A stretch of DNA of 64,000 bases, from NCBI GenBank assembly GCA_001593935.1, contig LUCE01000002.1, positions 1,290 to 65,289 of the forward strand, in the 5' to 3' direction. A program made the position numbers and the translations under genes. Origin of the DNA: Candidatus Bathyarchaeota archaeon B26-2 (GTDB lineage Archaea > Thermoproteota > Bathyarchaeia > Bathyarchaeales > B26-1). Positions 19,627 through 27,482 of the stretch are shown piece by piece (positions within the stretch are counted from its first letter, which is position 1; each line of letters starts with the position of its first letter). The notes below the pieces were generated by a model. It had not been told where the DNA came from and did no database searches. It saw only the letters and a list, made by a program, of their open reading frames with translations.

Positions 19627-20217
19627 TTAGAGCATTATCGGTTCGCCCTTAGGCTCCTTCTTCCTCTGCAGTGTAACCTCTAGGACACCGTTCTTATATG
19701 ACGCCTTCGCCTTCTTTGGGTCAACCTTGACCGGCAGCTCAACCTTCTTGTGGTATTTACGTTGCGGTGTATCTACGGAGATCGTTAGAGCGTCTTCTGT
19801 ACCGTGCAGCTTTATGTCCTTCTTCTCAACTCCCGGTAGTTCGGCGATGACTTTAACTTCGTCGTCAGTGGTTATGACGTCGGTTAGTGGTTCCCTCTCC
19901 TCCATGATGTCGATGCGAGGCCTTCCGAACTCGACGCCGGGCTTTATGTTTCCGAACTCCCTGATCTCAGGCTTCCCGTCCGGACCGATCTTTACGCTGT
20001 AACCATAGACGAAGGGTCCGAACTCACGTACTTTGGTGCCGTCCGGCAGCGTTCGTTCGCGTATGAGGTCTCTGGGCGCCCTCTCAGAGAACTCTTTGAA
20101 CTCCCTCTCCATCATCTCTTCCATCTCTCTGAAGAACTCCTCTATCTCGCTGAAGAAGCCGCCTCTGAAGAATGGCCACCTTCTCCTCCATCCAAACCAT
20201 CTCTCCCACTCCGACAT
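19627..20217 (-). CDS. Hsp20/alpha-crystallin small heat-shock protein
   Basis: ACD core DVITTDDEVKVIAELPGVEKKDIKL...ASYKNGVLEVTL. The ATG at 20217 is preceded by GGGAGGTGG. Confidence 0.9.
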   Translation of the reverse strand: MSEWERWFGWRRRWPFFRGGFFSEIEEFFREMEEMMEREFKEFSERAPRDLIRERTLPDGTKVREFGPFVYGYSVKIGPDGKPEIREFGNIKPGVEFGRPRIDIMEEREPLTDVITTDDEVKVIAELPGVEKKDIKLHGTEDALTISVDTPQRKYHKKVELPVKVDPKKAKASYKNGVLEVTLQRKKEPKGEPIML

Positions 20218-20230
20218 ACGAACCACCTCC

Positions 20231-20644
20231 CTAAGTTTCTTCAACCTCTTCTAGGATCTCTCTCAGACGTCTCAGGGCGAGGCTCATCAGCATGAAGGCT
20301 CTCTGTCCAAACTCTGAGCATCTGTATCTTCCCCTCCCGGTCTTCAAGAGAAATCCGCCTTCACTCAGTTTCCTCGCGTTCTCCCAGACGAGCTTCGGGT
20401 TCAACTCCAATTCCCGCATGAATCCTGTAAAGTTCATTGTATGGTCCTCCTCCTCGATGAGTCTCATCATCATCCTTAGACGGGTCTCGTGAGAGAGAGC
20501 GTCGAAGATCTTGGAGAGTCTCTCGAAGTCCTCTTCGGCTTCTTTGAACTCGTTTCTTAGCTGCTTCTTCGGCCAGTCTATGGGGGAGAGCGGTATCTCA
20601 AAGATTACTTCGTCGTCTCGCACTAGTTGGAGTTTTAGGGTCAT
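20231..20644 (-). CDS. ArsR-like winged-helix transcription regulator
   Basis: FDALSHETRLRMMMRLIEE...KLVWENARKLSEGGFLLK, the ArsR/SmtB-type HTH pattern. Directly upstream of hsp20. Confidence 0.65.
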   Translation of the reverse strand: MTLKLQLVRDDEVIFEIPLSPIDWPKKQLRNEFKEAEEDFERLSKIFDALSHETRLRMMMRLIEEEDHTMNFTGFMRELELNPKLVWENARKLSEGGFLLKTGRGRYRCSEFGQRAFMLMSLALRRLREILEEVEET

Positions 20645-20660
20645 ATGCCTCGCCCGCGAT

Positions 20661-20703
20661 TATATTACTGTTTGGTAATATATAAACATTACTATTCGGT
20701 AAT
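20661..20703. promoter_or_regulatory. twin palindromic operator candidates flanking a TATA box
   Basis: TATATTAC-TGTTTG-GTAATATA (20661-20682) and ATTAC-TATTCG-GTAAT (20688-20703), with centres 24 bp apart. TATATAAA/TTTATATA at 20679-20686 lies about 38 nt upstream of the regulator ATG. Confidence 0.5.
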
Positions 20704-20771
20704 AACAAAGACCCTTGCACCGCCGATTCCTTGAGTTAAACTTATCTCCTTCGGATGAAAGAGAGAACTTC

Positions 20772-21743
20772 ATGTCTCACCCTTCAGAAGCCTCAAGATT
20801 TCATATGGAAGCCGTGCTCGTGGACGCCCACAACGATACGATAGTAGCCCACAAACGTCTAGGACTCGGCCTAGGGATCAAGACGGATAAGACTCAGCTG
20901 GACCTACCTAGGATGAAGGAAGGAGGCTTGGACGTAGCGTTCTTCGCCGTCGACGTGACAAGAGCCCTAAAGAACCACCTAACCTATGCTCTAGACGCCT
21001 TCGGCTTCTTCGACCGGGAGCTCGAGTCCAACAGGACTGATATCTCTCTCGTCCTTACTGTGAAAGACCTTTACGAGATCACGGAGCAAGGAAAGATCGC
21101 CGCCCTCCTAGCAGTCGAGAACAGCGACGCCTTAGAAGGGAGCCTAAACGTCCTTAGGATGCTCTTCAAGCTCGGCGTTCGGAGCATAGGCCTGACACAT
21201 AATCCTAGAAGCCTCGCTGCAGACGGTGTGGGGGAGGCCAGAACAGGCGGGGGTCTAACGAACTTCGGCGTTCAACTCATCGAGGAGATGAACAGGCTCG
21301 GCGTTCTAGTGGACTTGGCGCATATAAGCGAGAGAGGGTTCTGGGACGCCCTTGAAGTCTCCAAAGAACCGGTAATCGTGTCTCATGGAAACTGTAAGGC
21401 CCTCTGTGAACACCGCAGAAACCTAGACGACGACCAGATTGAGGGGCTGGCAGACAAGGAGGGAGTAATCGGGGTAACCTTCGTACCAAGCTTTGTGCAC
21501 CCAAAAACGCCCTCCCTCCAAAGGCTCCTAGACCATATAGACCACATAGTGAGAGTGGCGGGTGTCGACCACGTAGGAATAGGATCGGACTTCGACGGAG
21601 GCGGAACCCTTCTGAAGGACGCTACAGAGCTTCCGAAGATCACGGAGGGTCTCCTCAAGAGAGGCTACAGTAGAGACGACGTAGAGAAGATCCTCGGCGG
21701 CAACTTCATTCGGGTCCTCTCCAAGGTACTGCCAAGTTCATAG
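20772..21743 (+). CDS. M19 membrane dipeptidase family protein
   Basis: VDAHNDT, LTHN and DFDG motifs. The ATG at 20772 is preferred over TTG 20715, which lies in the promoter. Confidence 0.85.
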   Translation: MSHPSEASRFHMEAVLVDAHNDTIVAHKRLGLGLGIKTDKTQLDLPRMKEGGLDVAFFAVDVTRALKNHLTYALDAFGFFDRELESNRTDISLVLTVKDLYEITEQGKIAALLAVENSDALEGSLNVLRMLFKLGVRSIGLTHNPRSLAADGVGEARTGGGLTNFGVQLIEEMNRLGVLVDLAHISERGFWDALEVSKEPVIVSHGNCKALCEHRRNLDDDQIEGLADKEGVIGVTFVPSFVHPKTPSLQRLLDHIDHIVRVAGVDHVGIGSDFDGGGTLLKDATELPKITEGLLKRGYSRDDVEKILGGNFIRVLSKVLPSS

Positions 21744-21796
21744 AGGGACTGAGAACCAGAGTAGAGGCTCTCTTTCCAATTAGGATATGCTCTGCT

Positions 21797-22354
21797 CTAC
21801 TGGAGTCTCTCCGCCAAGATTCTCGCGAACCTTTCAACCTTAGCGATCTCTTTTGGCCTCTGGAGTATCTCTCCCTTCTCTCGAGCGTAGATGCGTACTT
21901 TCCCGACTATCTCAGCCCCGTAGATTCTCATCCAAGAGAGGATGTCCTCGTGGCTCTCGAAGCCTGACTCTGCGGCTACGCTGATTATCCCTACCTTCTT
22001 CCCTAGAAGGCGCTTACGATCGGTATAGAATCCATGGGTTCTATCTATGAAGTCCTTCATGACTCCCGGTGGACTGTTCCAGAAGACTGGGGCCCCTACC
22101 ACTATCATCTCTGCTTGCATCAGTTTTTCGAGTATAATGTTGAAGTCGTCGTCTCTTATTGCGCACTCTCCAATCTTCATACATTCTCTACAACCTATGC
22201 AATGCTTGATATTGAAGTCGGCTACCCTGATAAAGAGGGTCTCAACATCCCTGAGTCGGCTGATCGCCTCCAACGTCCTCTTGACGGCTATATCGGTGTT
22301 CCCATCCTTACGTGGGCTCCCTGAGATCCCCAGGACAAGGACCTTCGAGGCCAA
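21797..22354 (-). CDS. iron-sulfur flavoprotein / NADPH-dependent FMN reductase family
   Basis: LGISGSPRKDGNT flavodoxin-like start plus a compact Cys motif CIGCRECMKIGEC (CX2CX2CX5C). Confidence 0.7.
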   Translation of the reverse strand: MASKVLVLGISGSPRKDGNTDIAVKRTLEAISRLRDVETLFIRVADFNIKHCIGCRECMKIGECAIRDDDFNIILEKLMQAEMIVVGAPVFWNSPPGVMKDFIDRTHGFYTDRKRLLGKKVGIISVAAESGFESHEDILSWMRIYGAEIVGKVRIYAREKGEILQRPKEIAKVERFARILAERLQ

Positions 22355-22403
22355 CTCAAATCTCCCCCAACACTATCGAAGGGAAGCGAGGGGTAAATAA
22401 ACC

Positions 22404-22910
22404 TTAGGCACTGTGGTGCCTCAAGAATTCTCGGAAGGCCAACTTGAAGCCTTTGGCGAACCGTTTCTCTCCGCTCCGGATAGCACGCTCTACCTCCTCG
22501 ACGCTCAAGAAGGCTCCTTCCTCGATCTCCTCCCGGTCAAATCTAACCGGGCCGTCGTAACGGCAAATGTAGAGAGCTGAGATCTCCCTCTCGATCTCTG
22601 AGAAGCACCTGAACTTGCAGAGCATCTTTAGTTGAACTTCCTCTATCCCGAGTTCCTCCTTGAGTTCTCTCCTTGCGGCCTCCTCGTAGGTCTCCCCATA
22701 GTCAACGTGGCCAGTGGCCGAGCCCGTGTAGTATCCGGGGTATAGGTCCTTCTTGGATGAACGTTTCTGTAGGAAGAGTCTCCCTTCACTGTCGAGTAGG
22801 AAGACGTAGACCGATCTGTGGATTAACCTATTGCTCGAGTGGCACTCTTCCCTCGTCGCCTTCCCGATAACTCTGTCCTTCTCGTCCACGACATAGAAGT
22901 ATTCGGTCAT
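22404..22910 (-). CDS. Nudix hydrolase (IDI-like subgroup lacking the isomerase Cys)
   Basis: Nudix box GHVDYGETYEEAARRELKEELGI. GSATGH replaces the IDI-1 catalytic Cys context. ATG at 22910. Confidence 0.8.
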   Translation of the reverse strand: MTEYFYVVDEKDRVIGKATREECHSSNRLIHRSVYVFLLDSEGRLFLQKRSSKKDLYPGYYTGSATGHVDYGETYEEAARRELKEELGIEEVQLKMLCKFRCFSEIEREISALYICRYDGPVRFDREEIEEGAFLSVEEVERAIRSGEKRFAKGFKLAFREFLRHHSA

Positions 22911-22978
22911 ACTCAGACTTCCACGCCCCTCTAGACTCAAGTAACCGCAAAAAGGTTAATCTTGATGATTTAACCTTT

Positions 22979-23665
22979 ATGCTAGAGCCTTCCCGGAAGC
23001 TGCAAGGTGGCATGAAGAGATCAGGATTCAACGTGGAGGACCTACCCCGCCTATATGCGGCGAGGAGAGAGGAGATAAGCCGCAGGGTGAGGGAGTTCAG
23101 GAATTTCATGAACCGCTCTGACGAAGAGTTTTTCGCCGAGCTCTGCTTCTGCCTCTGCACACCCCAGTCAAAGGCTGTGCCCTGCTGGAACGCCGTCTCA
23201 AGGCTTATGGAGAACCGTCTTCTATATACTGGATCTCCAGAGGAGATAACCCCCTACCTGAGGGGCGTAAGGTTCAAGGAGAGGAAGGCCGCGTACATAG
23301 TCGAGGCGCGGAGGTTCTTCAGAGGGGAAGACGGCTTAAAGATCAAGGATAGGGTTCTCGCCTTCAACGACCCCTCAAAGATGCGCGACTGGCTGGTGAA
23401 AGAGGTGAAGGGGCTGGGAATGAAAGAGGCAAGCCACTTCTTGAGGAACATCGGGCTCGGCCTTAACCTCGCAGTGCTAGACAGGCATATCCTTAAGAAC
23501 CTGAAGAGGCTCGGAGTGATAGATGATCTCCCAAAGACCTTAACGAAGAGACTCTACGAGAGGATCGAGAGGGACATGCAAGTCTTCTCTGAGAGTATCG
23601 GAATCCCGATGGCGGAACTCGACCTCTTACTCTGGTCCCTAGAGACGGGTTTCGTCTTCAAATGA
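22979..23665 (+). CDS. ogg: 8-oxoguanine DNA glycosylase/AP lyase, archaeal Ogg2 type
   Basis: ELCFCLCTPQS and GLGMKEASHFLRNIG...LDRHILK align closely with my recollection of M. jannaschii Ogg. Confidence 0.85.
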   Translation: MLEPSRKLQGGMKRSGFNVEDLPRLYAARREEISRRVREFRNFMNRSDEEFFAELCFCLCTPQSKAVPCWNAVSRLMENRLLYTGSPEEITPYLRGVRFKERKAAYIVEARRFFRGEDGLKIKDRVLAFNDPSKMRDWLVKEVKGLGMKEASHFLRNIGLGLNLAVLDRHILKNLKRLGVIDDLPKTLTKRLYERIERDMQVFSESIGIPMAELDLLLWSLETGFVFK

Positions 23666-23701
23666 CTCTTCTGATAAGTATCGGTTCTTAAGGCCTCGAT
23701 T

Positions 23702-24415
23702 TCAAGATATCTCTTCGGCTCGTCTTTTAGCGTATTCTATAAGTTTTTGGACTGTCTTCTCCGGGATACCCGTCTTGGCTGAGATGGCTTCGGGAGAGGC
23801 CTTAATCAAGTCCTCAACAGTCTTTATGCCCGCTGCGATAAGTCTCTCAGCCCTCCTCGGGCCGATCCCTTTGATGTCGGTCAGTATGGGGCTTCTAGGA
23901 ACCTCCTCTAAGGCCTCTACAAGTTCGCCCTCCGAAATCTCCTCCCTAGGTTTGCCCCAATCGATCGTGTAGCCTCCGAGGTAAGTTCCGATAATGACCC
24001 CTAAGAGGGGTACGAGTATCGGTACACGTGTCTCATGCTCTACTTCAATATTGTATGTAATCCTATAGCCTAGGGAGAAGTACAGCAACGCCAGCAGAAT
24101 GACGCAGCCTACTAGGGCGGAGAAGACTAGAACCGTCCTCAACTTCTTCTTAACCTTATATCCTACGTATAGTCCGCCGAGGAAGCCGCCTGGTATGTAT
24201 GTTCCCCCGATCATGATGAGGGTCATCGCCAAGAGAGCCTCATCGAAGACGCGTACCCCAAGACAGCTGAAGTTTTTGAGTATCGTGTAGATCATTCCGA
24301 GCAAGACTATGCGTAGGGCAAAGGCTATGATGGAGCTTATGAGTGCCCCGATGGCTATGTGTTTCGTTACTTTTGGAACTCGTTTGGTTATGGACTCCTT
24401 AATGGCTCTCATCAT
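23702..24415 (-). CDS. polytopic membrane protein with C-terminal (HhH)2 DNA-binding-like domain
   Basis: About four hydrophobic helices, then LTDIKGIGPRRAERLIAAGIKTVEDLIKASPEAISAKTGIPEKTVQKLIEYAKR, which resembles the RadA/Rad51 N-terminal HhH domain. Confidence 0.55.
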   Translation of the reverse strand: MMRAIKESITKRVPKVTKHIAIGALISSIIAFALRIVLLGMIYTILKNFSCLGVRVFDEALLAMTLIMIGGTYIPGGFLGGLYVGYKVKKKLRTVLVFSALVGCVILLALLYFSLGYRITYNIEVEHETRVPILVPLLGVIIGTYLGGYTIDWGKPREEISEGELVEALEEVPRSPILTDIKGIGPRRAERLIAAGIKTVEDLIKASPEAISAKTGIPEKTVQKLIEYAKRRAEEIS

Positions 24416-25085
24416 TCTCCTTACCCCCGCTTATCTTGACCGTGTTCAACATGTGTTCGAAGGCCTTCTGGACTTGGGGTTGACTCCACTCTTCCTCTAC
24501 GCCGTAGAAGACTATGTAGTAAATCTTCTCTCCTTGAGAGGTTCCCCGTATCCACGCTATAAACGTGGCTGTCAAGTTGTGAACGTTCCCATCCTTATCC
24601 ACGTATCCGTCTCTCACCTTTATAGTTATGTAACTGGCCTCGATCCTAGAGAAGTTGATGATCCCTCTCCCAGTTACATTTAGGGTTGCGCCCTCGTTCT
24701 CCTTCTTGATGTCGCTGTATGTTCTTTCAACCTCGAAGAGTAGGGCGTGTGAGACGTTGTCTAATCCATACCTCTCCATGTAAGCCTCTGTAAACTTCTC
24801 GTCGTAGATTATGAAGAGCACGCTCACCCACTGTTCGCGGGTGGCCAGTGGGTACGCCGCGATATAATATACGTTGCCGCTCTCGTTACTAAACTCGTAG
24901 GTGGAAGCCCACCAGCTCTTAGGGAACTCAAACTCTAACTCTCTTGTAGCGAGATAAAAGTAGTCGCCGCGGCTATACTTCGTGATCGCGAACTGGAAGA
25001 GCGCATACCCCGAGATACCCAGAGATATGACAAGCATCAGAAATATGAGAACCGGCAAGCGTTTAAGTGGATCGAGCCTCTTCAA
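24399..25085 (-). CDS. signal-anchored extracytoplasmic protein, unknown function
   Basis: N-terminal TM (LPVLIFLMLVISLGISGYALF), then a beta-rich domain. Overlaps the downstream gene by 17 nt. Confidence 0.45.
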   Translation of the reverse strand: MKRLDPLKRLPVLIFLMLVISLGISGYALFQFAITKYSRGDYFYLATRELEFEFPKSWWASTYEFSNESGNVYYIAAYPLATREQWVSVLFIIYDEKFTEAYMERYGLDNVSHALLFEVERTYSDIKKENEGATLNVTGRGIINFSRIEASYITIKVRDGYVDKDGNVHNLTATFIAWIRGTSQGEKIYYIVFYGVEEEWSQPQVQKAFEHMLNTVKISGGKENDESH

Positions 25086-25182
25086 ACCTGTTCGAGACCA
25101 ATAGTATAAAGAAGTTGATATAAATGTGTTGTCATAAACCTAAGTGAACGCTTCATCTATCTTTGAGGAGATGTAAACCGGT

Positions 25183-26226
25183 ATGAGAGGAAGGATGAGG
25201 GCTGCGGTTCTTCACAAACCGCTCGATATGCGCCTTGAGGAGGTTGAGATTCCGGAGATAGGGCCCATGGACGTCTTGGTTAGGATGAGAGCCGTTGGGG
25301 TATGCGGCTCCGATGTCCATTATTTTCTTCACGGAAGGGCGGCGTCCTTCGTCGTGACGAAGCCTATAATCCTAGGCCACGAGTGCGCAGGAGATATCGC
25401 CGAGGTCGGCTCCAAGGTTCAAAATCTGGAGGTTGGACAGAGGGTAGTCATAGAACCCGGCTTCACTTGTGGTAGGTGCAACTACTGCAGAGGAGGCCGC
25501 TACAACCTCTGTAGGAATGTCCGTTTCTACGGAACCCCGCCCTACGACGGAGCCTTCTCTGAGTACGCTGCCGCCCCGGCTGAGAACGTCTATCCGTTAC
25601 CAGACAACGTCTCTTACGAGGAAGGCGCCATGATCGAGCCCTTAGCAGTCGGGATGATGGCTGCGAGAAGGGGCTCCGTAACTATCTACGATAAGGTCGC
25701 CATACTGGGCGCCGGACCGATCGGGCAGATGGCCTTGAGAGCGGTGAAGGCCCAAGGCGTCCTTGAGACGTACGTAACTGACGTGATTGGTTACCGTTTA
25801 GAACATGCTGAGAGGGCTGGGGCAACCGTGGTCATAAACCCTGCGGAGGAGGATGTCGTAGAGAGGATAATGGACCTAACCGGCGGAGAAGGCGTCGATG
25901 TCGTCATAGAAGCCTCAGGGGCAGTCGACGCCGTCCGGCAAGCCTTCAAGATGGTGAGGCCGGGAGGCCGGGTTGTGCTCGTCGGAATCTTCCCATCCGT
26001 GGAGATCGAGGTTCCCTTAGCAGAGACGATAACAAAGGAGCTCGATGTCCTAGGAGTCTTTAGGTATGCCAACATCTTTCCAACGGCGGTTAGATGCGTC
26101 TCCTCCGGAAGGATCGAGGTCAAATCCTTGATAACGCACAAGTTTCCGCTCGAGAGAATAGTTGAGGGCTTCGAGACTCACATAAAGAAGATAGGTAACC
26201 CCATGAAGGTGCAGATCATAATATAA
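25183..26226 (+). CDS. zinc-dependent alcohol/polyol dehydrogenase (MDR family)
   Basis: GVCGSDVH, GHECAGDIAEVG, structural-zinc CGRCNYCRGGRYNLC and GAGPIG. Confidence 0.85.
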   Translation: MRGRMRAAVLHKPLDMRLEEVEIPEIGPMDVLVRMRAVGVCGSDVHYFLHGRAASFVVTKPIILGHECAGDIAEVGSKVQNLEVGQRVVIEPGFTCGRCNYCRGGRYNLCRNVRFYGTPPYDGAFSEYAAAPAENVYPLPDNVSYEEGAMIEPLAVGMMAARRGSVTIYDKVAILGAGPIGQMALRAVKAQGVLETYVTDVIGYRLEHAERAGATVVINPAEEDVVERIMDLTGGEGVDVVIEASGAVDAVRQAFKMVRPGGRVVLVGIFPSVEIEVPLAETITKELDVLGVFRYANIFPTAVRCVSSGRIEVKSLITHKFPLERIVEGFETHIKKIGNPMKVQIII

Positions 26227-26249
26227 AGGTTCCTCGGGAGAGGAAAAGG

Positions 26250-26888
26250 TTAGCCGCAGTTTCTCATTTTGAAGCGTGAATCGTCAGAGTGAGTCTCGGC
26301 TGACCGCAGTGTTCTAGCGGCCTTTTTCTTGAGGCAGATAGCGACATATCCTTTGAGGTGTTCCTCGCTCTTCACGGCTTTGGCCTCTAAGCCGGCCCTG
26401 TACAACGTTTTGAGGAAGGCCTCAAGGGAGTATGTCTTCTTTAACCCGGTTACGATTATCGCGGCGTTGGGCTTTGAGACCCTCTTGATCTCCCTCAGAG
26501 TTGCCTCGGGGTTAGGCATGTTCTGTATCAGTGTTACCGCGAAAGTTTTGTCGAATGTCCCATCGGGGAAGGGCATGTAGTCTGCATCGGCTTGAACGAG
26601 ATTAACCTTGGGAGAGCAGCCTGACCTCTTTGAAGCCCTTCTTAAGGCCTTAACGGCTATGTCTACGCCGACGATCGTGTGGGCTGAGTTTCTTAGGTGG
26701 TCGAGGAGGATGCCTGTTCCGCATCCAGCATCTAAGATTAGGTCGTTCTTCTCTAGATGTAGAGATTCTAGGGCCGCCCTAATCTTGGCGTCTTGTTCCT
26801 CTTTGTATTGTCTATCGTATATGGATGCCACTATATTATAGTGGCGCATAACCTTACGTTTCTTCTTCCAAACGCTCTTGAGGTTCAT
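26250..26888 (-). CDS. class I SAM-dependent methyltransferase
   Basis: Motif I ILDAGCGTGIL and motif post-I VGVDI. Confidence 0.75.
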   Translation of the reverse strand: MNLKSVWKKKRKVMRHYNIVASIYDRQYKEEQDAKIRAALESLHLEKNDLILDAGCGTGILLDHLRNSAHTIVGVDIAVKALRRASKRSGCSPKVNLVQADADYMPFPDGTFDKTFAVTLIQNMPNPEATLREIKRVSKPNAAIIVTGLKKTYSLEAFLKTLYRAGLEAKAVKSEEHLKGYVAICLKKKAARTLRSAETHSDDSRFKMRNCG

Positions 26889-26966
26889 CCAGATTTATCT
26901 TTTTCTAGTTTCTTCATAAAAGGTTGTTAGGTTGACGTTTTGGAGTTGCATGGCTTTTGTAGGGTG

Positions 26967-27473
26967 CTAGAAGGTTGACTGAATTATAGCCTTGCTTTTT
27001 CTGTCTAGGCTCTGGATGTCTTCTATCTCGTAGAGGTTGTCGTCTGTGTCCGAGATGACGATCTTGTTCCCTATGAAGGTCACACTGCTCCTTCCCCTTG
27101 TCTTAAATCTTCTCCTTCCCTTGTTGGTTATAGTCTCCCACTCGAATTTGTCGCCGCTCGCTTCAAGCCTGATGATCTTTACTATCTTCGGTATGAAGTA
27201 CATCTTATCCAGCAGTCTCTCAAGGTTCCTTCGAGATTCCTTATCGAGCTTTTTCATGTTCTTTATGGTGCAGATGTCAGAGCCTTTCGCGTCCTTCAGT
27301 ATGACGAATTCCGGGTAAGATATGGGGAAGGGCATCTCAGGAATCACATCGGTGTAGATCGCGTTCTCACCCTTCAATAGAAGGGTGAGGCTGTCCTTCT
27401 TCTCGTTCAATCTGATCGTTACGTCTTTGGGGTTGACGATGTTTAGGTTTTTAATGAGGTCTTTTAGAGGCAT
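26967..27473 (-). CDS. DUF1854 family protein
   Basis: VIPEMPFPIS...FIPKIVKI...WETITNKGRRRF...ISDTDDNLYEIEDIQSLDRKS matches the DUF1854 pattern as I recall it. 9 nt downstream of the ABC gene. Confidence 0.65.
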   Translation of the reverse strand: MPLKDLIKNLNIVNPKDVTIRLNEKKDSLTLLLKGENAIYTDVIPEMPFPISYPEFVILKDAKGSDICTIKNMKKLDKESRRNLERLLDKMYFIPKIVKIIRLEASGDKFEWETITNKGRRRFKTRGRSSVTFIGNKIVISDTDDNLYEIEDIQSLDRKSKAIIQSTF

Positions 27474-27482
27474 GCTCTCACC

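Noticed and set aside
20715-20771. TTG-initiated 5' extension of the dipeptidase ORF
   Set aside because: The extension overlaps the operator/TATA region and adds non-conserved sequence. The ATG at 20772 precedes the conserved VDAHNDT region at a normal distance.
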